A DNA stretch of 64,000 bases from a virus. The first letter of the stretch is position 1, and every line of letters starts with the position of its first letter. Below, piece after piece: positions 11,201 through 20,400 of the stretch. The position numbers and the translations under genes were made by a program. The DNA is taken from positions 25,264-89,263 of the IMG/VR virus record IMGVR_UViG_3300006754_000009, one strand, 5' to 3'. The notes under the pieces are model-generated. The model made no database searches. It saw nothing but the letters and a program-made list of their open reading frames with translations, and was not told where the DNA came from.

Positions 11201-11818
11201 TCATTGCCTATACCAGGTCTAGAATATCCACCCCCAGCAGTTCCTGATACACCATACGTTGAAAACGCATTAAATATAGCACCTGGACAACTTAATAGTG
11301 GAGGTCCTTTGCAGTGGACACCATTATTATTTACGGCATCAACACCAACTATTATGAGTGGACAAGAGTTAATAAATTGTGTTACTCTTGATTTGTCCGC
11401 AACCACTCAACAAGTTCCTTTTTATCCATGGAGAGTTAGAGGTGGTGGAGGGTTTGGTGGTTTATATAATGATTGGCAAAATACGACTGGAGATTACCAA
11501 ATTAAAATGTCAGTGCCTTTAGGGCCAATGTCAATTTGGCCAGCAATTGGAGTAACTCTCCCTACATGTTATTACGGTCCTTCTTGTCCAGGAAACCCTT
11601 CAATTGCCTCTGGGGAGTTTCAACATTATATGGGCCATGCGGGAGGTAGTGGGTACCAACTACCAAACAATTATCCGTTAATGACAGACCAATCTGACAA
11701 CAGTATGTGTTTTTCACAACCATTATTTTATTACTTCGGATTAAGACCAGGACAAACATCCTATAATACCTTCATTAGGTTATATGTTGATGAAGAATTA
11801 GCAGACGCAGTAATATAA
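8225..11818 (+). CDS. large virion structural protein: N-terminal carboxypeptidase-regulatory/transthyretin-like domain, internal hydrophobic segment, Cys-rich region
   Basis: GVVCGRVVANNGFGIPNAKVSIF...SNESGDFMIYGVPTG; long hydrophobic run near aa 510-590; lies in the baseplate operon. Confidence 0.7.
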   Translation: MAKSFRVRTEVGRDKNVTFELNQDFDLLEILSLSLTQQEIYTRMCSDFGVVCGRVVANNGFGIPNAKVSIFIPLETEDEKNEVVRFLYPYKEPYEKNEDGKRYNLLSTEPNFDCHVAVGTFPTLKSVLTQQEVKYVYEKYYKFTAKSNESGDFMIYGVPTGPQQIVMDVDLSDIGCFSMLPEDFKQKGAPPSQFDGPRFKDDPELDSLPQIINQTKVVDIRPFWGDEETCRAAITRIDFDLGNSGFKLEPTSVFMGSTAQDTDKDSVNKQCRPKKHMGELCSLITTPGIIDCIRYTPFLKDDDTAFPTYNGVTYSGPPLGGKVPVLQRLYLDNGGRVIDETGSFLVHIPMNLDHVTTDEFGKMILSNDPSKGVPTRARCRFRVRPEQSRGTARQRRSAAYLVPNLREYTTQNNDDGDWPGIDPRSYCFSTEYSDYHGYAQRHLMPGAEDEFYDMTFNRVYTCAQFHDHVKHAGRRQFIGIKEILPEMDQQCSTSAMFFPVNSAVRNAKFMIFFMNFIYDFLGLIYMVINLIISLLAAILGLVLGIVLFIIWAVCMLWCAIYGIVIQFSLGWPFNTTWVLFRMSWFLSSPPNICGQINLTGFGCGIQCEYFGLTIGFVLFQLRQTKYPDCEKCSCRPSASDEFIALADIAPCPDAVPEEPEPGQNSPCPVGNATFNNSMGIEMKWSHDCCGTGDYLTSPETVQDTDTICCHNSYGYNSELYSPSHESDGFAAGGCYVKIVCFNIACIGYNLDMTVLYEWMKREKVASALCNGILNYFWENSWVSGFLYQFQFRAKLQLTVNGYTDWRGETHDTYITDSDFCRKVVYLHPVDNTFYYRSTPFQVQSAAKDGQFIGDTDGVMSLWFAGGNQSDDLHASGDMDRHIYFPTTMTDMGSRNQCIQQICLDPNFAEECSVTDQIGSTTFQDITDLVSDTYNLKLYAFNYTLSSIFARPEKEIGGDVAQALMQNCMLGVFGYESNMSSTICDCTDPTQNTSLPIPGLEYPPPAVPDTPYVENALNIAPGQLNSGGPLQWTPLLFTASTPTIMSGQELINCVTLDLSATTQQVPFYPWRVRGGGGFGGLYNDWQNTTGDYQIKMSVPLGPMSIWPAIGVTLPTCYYGPSCPGNPSIASGEFQHYMGHAGGSGYQLPNNYPLMTDQSDNSMCFSQPLFYYFGLRPGQTSYNTFIRLYVDEELADAVI

Positions 11819-13614
11819 TGAGTAATCAAAAAAACATAAGAATAGTAAAAGGTAGTTCTAAGTATAAAGGAGGACAAGATTTTGATGTATCTCTACAACC
11901 TTTATTAGCTGCGGAAAGAAGAACTCTAATACAAGGAGATAGAAATTTAGTATTAAATGTCGTAGACCAATTTAATTTTGAAAGAGATTACTCTAGCACA
12001 TATAGAATGTACGGAAAGATAGATGTTTTATATCAGAATATAATAACAGGTTCTACACAAGACCCAGACATGTTATCTAGTATGTACTTTGTGCCAGACT
12101 TTCAGGGATGCACTTCAATACCATGTATTGGACTACCACCAGCAAAAACATTTGATTTTGTACCATTAGAACACTACGGACCAACAACCATGACCTCAAT
12201 ATACAGTGATTTATTATCGTATCAAGATAATTGGGTATTATATATATCATACGTTTATTCATCCGACACAACCCAACCAATGCAATTTACTATAAGTCCA
12301 GGCCAAGGGGTAAAGTTTATATCTGGAGACGGTATACCGTTTAAGAGTGAATTAGCAGAAATTAACGGAAAGGAAGTTTTTAGAATTATAACAGCAGCAC
12401 CTCACGGAATATCTCCAGGTGAATATATGGAACTACAACCAGAAGTAATACCTCAAACTACATCATTTGGTGGTATAGATTTTATTAGTAGCATTGATTT
12501 AAATCTAAATATAGATGGTGTAGCACACTCCAGCACACAAACATTATTTGAAGTAGATTCTTTAGGTAATGGGTATGAAAATTCAGAAGAATATGTGATA
12601 AATATAAATACTAGAGGATTAATTGGGACTACTATTAATGGTGGAGCCACACCATTCCCAAATACAGGTGTTGGTGTGATTAAAAGATTTGCTAATAGAG
12701 AGAATCCAGAGACTAAATCACAATATTACACTCATATACACAAACTTATAACCAATCCAACAGACTATACTTTAGGTAGAACGGGCTTTGAAAATGGAAT
12801 ATATAATAGAAAAGGTAGAGTATATAAGTCACGTAAAACTCCACCCACATACCCCGCTAAAACAGTAATAAGGGAAGAATTTAAATCTTATTTATGGAAT
12901 GTTAATGATGATATAGACCGGGAAAGTTATTTTGATAATCTCAATAGACCTGTTATAGACTTATATCTAACTATTTTTCCAACTAATAAAAATCTAATGT
13001 GGGAGTACGCGAGTAGTAATTCACCTTGTGGGTATGGCTGGGGATGGAACTTCAAAAAAGATGGAACTATAGACCCTTTTATAGATAACGCCACCAATCC
13101 AACCTATATCATACAGACAAATAATAATGGGGTTGACCCATTACCAGCGAGTGGTACGACTTATAGAGGAGCTTTTGTGGAATACAACCCGTACGAGTTA
13201 AAAGAAAGAATAATATCAAAAATAGGGCATTCATTAAAATTTAATCCTACAGCATTAAATTCGGGAGATTACATGTACCCCCAAATACAATCTAGATACA
13301 AATATAACCCCCATCATAGAATACCTATAAGAAAATTATCTAACGGTATAAATTATAATGACACACTATTTACATCTCCACAGTACGCTACCTATTCTTC
13401 CATAGAAGGAACATTTAGATGGAGACCTATGTTACCTGTGGGTTATTTTGAGGAAGAAAAGAATGGTGTAGTTTATCCCTACTTAAATGACTCACATTAC
13501 CCACATCATACACTAGAATTTATGATTGAGGCAGTAGGACCAATATTAACATTAAAAGAGCACTCAGCGAGTACGATAAACATATTAAATGCATACATGG
13601 ATGGCTGCCAATAG
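11818..13614 (+). CDS. putative virion structural protein
   Basis: 598-aa ORF, TAATG-coupled to the upstream gene; beta-rich composition. Confidence 0.7.
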   Translation: MSNQKNIRIVKGSSKYKGGQDFDVSLQPLLAAERRTLIQGDRNLVLNVVDQFNFERDYSSTYRMYGKIDVLYQNIITGSTQDPDMLSSMYFVPDFQGCTSIPCIGLPPAKTFDFVPLEHYGPTTMTSIYSDLLSYQDNWVLYISYVYSSDTTQPMQFTISPGQGVKFISGDGIPFKSELAEINGKEVFRIITAAPHGISPGEYMELQPEVIPQTTSFGGIDFISSIDLNLNIDGVAHSSTQTLFEVDSLGNGYENSEEYVININTRGLIGTTINGGATPFPNTGVGVIKRFANRENPETKSQYYTHIHKLITNPTDYTLGRTGFENGIYNRKGRVYKSRKTPPTYPAKTVIREEFKSYLWNVNDDIDRESYFDNLNRPVIDLYLTIFPTNKNLMWEYASSNSPCGYGWGWNFKKDGTIDPFIDNATNPTYIIQTNNNGVDPLPASGTTYRGAFVEYNPYELKERIISKIGHSLKFNPTALNSGDYMYPQIQSRYKYNPHHRIPIRKLSNGINYNDTLFTSPQYATYSSIEGTFRWRPMLPVGYFEEEKNGVVYPYLNDSHYPHHTLEFMIEAVGPILTLKEHSASTINILNAYMDGCQ

Positions 13615-14485
13615 AATACAAATAAAAGCATCAGACACCAACAAAAAAATCACAATCCCGTTAGGTGATACATTTGATGAAGTAGGTAGAGAACAATTAA
13701 TCAATATTTACGAAGAAGTAGAATTACAAGATAATATTAATGTAATACAAGATTTTGAAACAACAAAATACGCTTTTAATAATTCTGTTAGTGGTGACTC
13801 AGTATACTATCAATTTGAATTCCTAGATGGTACAGGAACTTATCAGAATAGTTTTTTAGATGTTGGGTTTACCCCCTTTGAGTTAGCAACAGAGGCAAAA
13901 GCCGTTACAAAAAGCTTCTTTAAATTTAATTTTTACGATTCTCCCGACAGAAAACAACAGAAGATGGTATTCTCCAATATCATGCCTCTTAATAATTGTT
14001 TAAAAGGTGGTTCAGTACTAGTTGATGTAAACACAGACCCCTTAGAATACTACAATCAAATTGCGAAGGACATAGTTCCACCAGTATGGAACTATTTTGA
14101 ACCAAGAGTGAGACTTAGACCTAGACCTGGTGTTAATGAAAATTATTATATTCATTGGTTTAAAAAAAGAGACCTATACGAAGGAAATGTATTTTATATG
14201 TCATGTCAATTTTTTAACGCTAAAACAGGAAAGATAATGAGAATGATAAACGAAAGCCCTCCGATGCCTGTACCAACAGTATATAATTACATAGACTATT
14301 ATTATTATGAAGTGATTCTTAAAATAGAACCAAACACCACATATAATCCAAGGTTTAATTATAAAGTACGTAAATATAACGCATTAAATTATAATGCCGG
14401 TCAAGTAGGTATGGGTAGTGAAGTAGGAACTGGTTTTCCTCCGGGCCAACAACCAATAAAGTTTTATGAATATGTTAATCCTTAA
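13601..14485 (+). CDS. putative virion structural protein
   Basis: ORF 13589-14485; the in-frame ATG at 13601 (MAANRIQIK) is the more plausible start. Confidence 0.7.
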   Translation: MAANRIQIKASDTNKKITIPLGDTFDEVGREQLINIYEEVELQDNINVIQDFETTKYAFNNSVSGDSVYYQFEFLDGTGTYQNSFLDVGFTPFELATEAKAVTKSFFKFNFYDSPDRKQQKMVFSNIMPLNNCLKGGSVLVDVNTDPLEYYNQIAKDIVPPVWNYFEPRVRLRPRPGVNENYYIHWFKKRDLYEGNVFYMSCQFFNAKTGKIMRMINESPPMPVPTVYNYIDYYYYEVILKIEPNTTYNPRFNYKVRKYNALNYNAGQVGMGSEVGTGFPPGQQPIKFYEYVNP

Positions 14486-14488
14486 TTT

Positions 14489-17400
14489 ATGGAAAGATTA
14501 AATTTTAGAGTAAAAAGAACAAACCCAGATATGTATTCTTCACTACCTTGTAGTGGTGGAACCAACTACTGGCCTATAAATTATAGTATAGACTGTTCTG
14601 GAATGAGTATGTATAACGCGACAGCTTCACAATTAATGAATGCATTAAATGGTGATATAACTACTTTCCCTGAGGACTTACGACAATGCTCCTTAACTAA
14701 CCCTTGTGTAATACTATGGGATTTAAATTATTCGGTTAGTACTGGTCATTGTACTAATATTGGAAATTACGCTTATAAAGCGTTTTATGGGTTTAATGTT
14801 CATGATAGTGCACCTACACAAGTAGTTACTGGTGAAACCTATGATTATGTAATAACACTTTTCGAGTCATTATACGTAGATTTTAGTAAACCAATTAATA
14901 CCACTTCTGACTATACCCTATCTTATATTATAGGGCCATGTCACTGTGACCCTGGATTAGAAGAAAATCTAAATAACCTAACTTTATTGTTATCCCAAGA
15001 CTTTAATGATATTGGACATTATAGTATATGGGACGGTAATATATTTCAGAAAGAAACATTTTCTAATTTTGTATTTACAGCGAGTACATTTGTTGTGGTA
15101 CCTGGAGATACAATCCAAATATGGAACACTACTGATTTTAGTTACTATAAAGAGGTACAAGAATTGCCATATACTATTGATTGGGGTGATGGGAATAGTA
15201 CAACACTTAATTTTTCTGTTGGTGGGGCTATAACAGCAGAAAACACCTATCCACCAGGCCCACCTATGGAGTATAGAATTACTATAACACAAGATAGCCC
15301 ATGGGGACCAACTAGTGTGTCCCAAGTTATTACAGCACCAAATTATAGTTATCCACAATTAGTTGCTACGAACCAGATACCCGCAAACAGTGCGTTAACT
15401 ATAAATCCGTCTGGTGTAACGGTGGGTACAGGATATACTTCAGGTCCATCTGGTGTTTTTGGTCAAAGTAATTATATCCCATGGGATACAGGAACACACA
15501 TAGATGAATATAGTGGAATGACTCAATTCCCAAACTGTTTTGAAGTAACAGGTGTTACTACTAGTATGTTAGGGATATTCCAAACTTATACCACCTTAAA
15601 TTCCCCAAATTTACCCCCCGGATATGTAATAGGTACTATAGTACCAATTGGAGGTGATATTATAAATCCTATAACAAATAATATAGAAACCGGTATGTAT
15701 GGGCAGATTAATTGGGCAGACCCAATTTATACAGGTTACACCATTTCCTCAGCGAATAATGCTACCCCTATTCATTTTTATGATTTCCCTAATGGTATTA
15801 CACTTTATGTAGCAGAAAGTTGTGGATTAGATGCTCTTGCTTTTGGTGCGTATGACTGTTTTAAATGTACCGTTGAGGATTGTGAGTATTGTGAAACTAA
15901 AGATGAGTATATAGATAGAATTACAGGGATTTGGACCCCCATCACATTTAATACACAACGAGGAGTATGGTCACCATATACCGATTATATGGTAGGAGAT
16001 ATAGTTTTTGATACTACATATAATACATGTTGTTGTTTTATGGCTGTAGCCGACATATTTCAAACAGGACTAACTCAGTCATTATGGTCAGGCACACCAC
16101 CATCCGAAACTTTACAAGGTGTGTGGTACCAAAATAGTCTCCCTATAGCACATATTTGGGAAGCGTGTTCTCCTGAATGTGTAAATTGTCCTCCAGGAAC
16201 CACTCTACCATGTGACGATACAACCTTCCCACATGTTAACTCACCTGTTGCACCATCCCCTAATGTTGGTAAAGCAGGTCTATTTCAAAATGGTTATTCT
16301 TACAGTGTTGGTGATTTCGTATTTGGTCAAGAAGGTAATTGTTACCAAGCATTATCTGCTACTAGTGGTAATTACCCACCGACCGCATTTACCTCCACAA
16401 CATATTGGGAATATGTGGGATGTTCTACTTGGATTTGTCCACAAGATTTAAATAACATACCAGTATTAAGTTGTGAATTAGTTCCTGGTACTGGAATAAC
16501 AACCTCCACAAATGTAATTCAAGGACACCAATATTATGGTGGTTGTTTAGATGATTTTGATGATGGAGAGTGTTATGCGGATAGATGGTTATGTCCAGGA
16601 CAATATGGGTGTACTGGATGTACACAAATTGACTCTACCCATTCTCTATATACTAGTTATGACCCAATGAACCCATTAGCGGGACCAGTATTTGCTAACT
16701 CCATAGATTGTGAAGGATGGTGTAACCCACCTGCATATTCATGTACAACCCAACAATCCGCTAACCCTAATGCTTGTTGTACATTATTTTCATGTGCAGA
16801 AGATGATGCTAATATGACTCCAGGAGTATACACTTCTCTTGTTACAACCGTAGTAGCTTTAGTTCCACCCGTCCTACCTAATGGTTTAAATATGAATGAA
16901 TGGTTAGCTATAAATGAAAGCTTTTATTTTACCGGACCCCCAACAAATTTCAACTTACCAAATGTTTGTAATAGTGGAACAAATGGGGTAACACCTACTT
17001 CCTACGCATGGTCTACGTCAGCTTGTTGTAATTATGAGGGTTTTGATTATGAATGTTGTACTGGGTGTGTACCAGTTACTTTTGGTGGAGCTTATAACGA
17101 TTTAGCGGCGTGTCAAACCGACCCAAATAATAATGGAGGGGCAACCCAACCATGTGGTTGGACGTGTGAAACCATAAACCAACCCTGTATACCATGTTAT
17201 GATTGTTTCTGTGGTTACGCGGGATATGGATTTACACAAGCTGGTTATTCAGCGTGTACAGCAGATTGTCAAGTAATAGAGTCAGCTTGGATATGTGATT
17301 GTACCAATAGTATGACCCCATGTACCTATGTAACTCCCGCTCCAGGACCGGTAGATAATGTAGTTATATTTAGCGGAAATGTTGCTGGTAGTATTTTATG

Positions 17401-20400
17401 TAATCAACTATGTCCATGTGATGCCGGTTGGGACTGTTTTATAGATGTCACCACCGGTCAGCCCACATATTGCCAAGATGGGGTTAGTGGCTATTATATG
17501 GCACAAAATGACCTAGGATTCTCAAATCCTAACCCAAACTTTACGGGATATAGTGATTTTACAGCATGTTGTGAAGCAACGGATTGTTGTTTTGCTGATT
17601 GTGATATTACCGCTGCACCAGGAACAGAACCAGGTAATCAAGTAGCCTTTCCTGGTGGAAACTGGCCTTGTTATTATATTCCTCAATTTCAACCACCTCA
17701 ACCAGGACTGAACTGTGACCCCACTGGTCCACCTAACTGGGGACTTCCATATTGTAATATGTTAGAGTGTACAAGTGCGTTAGCCTTAAACCCATTACCT
17801 CCTCCCGCACCAGCATATATATGTGATGTGCCTACAGTAGACGATTGTTACTGTGCATGTGATGATTATATGACCAATATTGGACAAGGAGGTACTGTAC
17901 TTACATCACAAGGGCAATATGTAATTATGGGTAATTATACATTACATGATATTGTATATCATTGGGACGCAGATTCACCATTATGTTGTTATGTGTGTAT
18001 GTGTCCGTCATTAATGGGAAGCGCGGACTGTATAACTACTTTTGATTGTAGTTGTTTTATTCCAGATGATGGTCCATCAACTGGTGGAGTCCCAAATTGC
18101 TGGGAACCATGTGGTGCAACTCCAGGGACAGCACCAACAGGTTGTGACCCCTGTGGAATCGTACAAAGCAATACTTGGGAATGTACAACTAGTGGATGTT
18201 CAATGTCATCATGTATACACAACCCAGGTCTTACTCAAGAATCACAAAACTGTTATACTGGGAATACATGTGAAGGACACTGTAGAGCAAGTTGTTATTG
18301 TGAAAATGCAACAACTGATACAACCAATTGTGTAGTTTTACAAGATTGGATGAACAATACTAATACAGGTATATTTTTTGGTGGTTACCCAACGTGGCCC
18401 CCAGTACCACCAGGAGCTACCCACCCAGTTTATCCAATGGCATCTTTAGATAATTGTCTTGCTATGTTATCTGTAATGGATTGTTGTCCAGGAGGGTCAG
18501 CGGATACGTGGTATTGTGATTGGACCTCTAATTGTGAGACCGTAGCTGGTAATGCAGGACTAGGATGTGTGATAATTCCCGCGGGAACCCCTGGTTATCC
18601 AGGACCATTTACCAGTCTTGATGATTGTGAAGATTGGTGTACTTGGGAATGTGGTTGCCCACCAAATGGATTAGGAACATGTGTATTTAACGCGTTATCG
18701 ACCGCTGCAGTCACAGCAGGTTCAGCTTATGATTGTTGGTTGATGAATGGAGGTGATTGTGATTGTTGTGCCCCACCAGACGAATGGTGGTGTGACACCT
18801 ATGGAGCTGCAAATGGGGATTATACAACAGCAGTACCTGCATCTGCCTGTAGACCCGGTAGTTATTATGGTGGAGCGAGTGTCCTACACCAACAAGGAGC
18901 AATCGGTCAATTAGCAGGAGGACCGTCCGACCCAGCTAATACTTATTTTGACGCACAAGTAACTAATAATTTTACAGGTATTGGATTTCCAGACCAATTA
19001 AGTTGTGAACAACAATGTAGATTCTGTTGTGATTGTCCTTCCCCACCAGGCACCGCTCATTGTAATGATGTAGACTGGGGAATTGCCACATGTACTTGTA
19101 CACAGATACCAAGTGAATTAACACCGTTTTTCTGTGAACAACAAACCACATTAACACCTCTTGGTTTTCCTTGTGTACCTTCAGCTACCACTGAATGGTG
19201 GTGTATAGATATTGTAGGATGCCAACCATACCTTTCATCATCTCCACCATCATCATTTATTTCAGGACCACATATCGATTTAATAACTTGTCAGTCAGTA
19301 TGTAGTTGGGCATGTGGAGATTGCATCAATGACTGTTTCTGCACCTTCCAAGCTTCACAATACTGTGTTCCCAATTATACAACTGAAGCCTTGTGTCAAA
19401 CCGCAGTAGCCTCAGTAATAGTCTACGCGGGTGCAAATAGTTGTTGTGAGTGTTATGAATGTTTTTCCACTGGAAGTATAAGCTATACATATTTTGATGA
19501 CACACTAAATTCATGGCAAATTGGAAGTGTTACTGTTAGTCCATTCACTGGACCTGCTCCTATGTGGAATATGGGTACAAATTATTCTATAGGTGATGTG
19601 GTAATGTTTATATATGACGGAACACCATGTTGCTATGTAGCTGTAGATGATGACCCCTCAAATTTCTGGACTATAGACCCATATACTTATTACACTTACT
19701 ACCAAAATGATTTAAATACAACAAATCCGGTATGGCCAGGACCAGCAGGACCTGGAACTAACGCAAATAATTCAGGTACTTTAGTATGGATTACATGTAA
19801 CCCTAATTGTGTGACCGTACCTTCTATAACTTATGACTGTATCCCAGGAGTAACAACACCTTCCCCTGGTGATTGCTCCAACATGACCTTGATACCTGGT
19901 GGTCTGATTGGTGCATTTTCAGCAATATTTTGGTTATGTGACCCCGTAAACGGAGTACCACCAGCAACACCATTCTCAGATTATTATTATGAAAATTTGA
20001 GTTGGACTGGACTTGGTAGTCCTTGTTTAGACAGTAACGGTCACGCACTAGCGTATCCGATAACTATGACTTTCCCAGTCTGTATTAATGACTCAGTTTT
20101 TGAGGCCGCATACATGCCTATGGTTTCCCACTCCAAACAAGAGTGGGTTGACCACCTAGTTAATGCTGGGTTAGCAGCAAATGTTGGAATGGACTGGTGG
20201 GCATTAAGAGCATTACTTACAGCTGTATGTGGTCAGTCAAACATGATTGTAAGTAGTGACCACTGTGAATGCCCAACTACCTCATGTACTTGTGTTCCAG
20301 TAACAGGACCAGGAGGACAATACCCTGATAGTCCGTCATGTAATCAAGCTTTATTAAGTGACCCTTGTTGTGGTTACTGGGAATGTATTCCAGGTGCCAT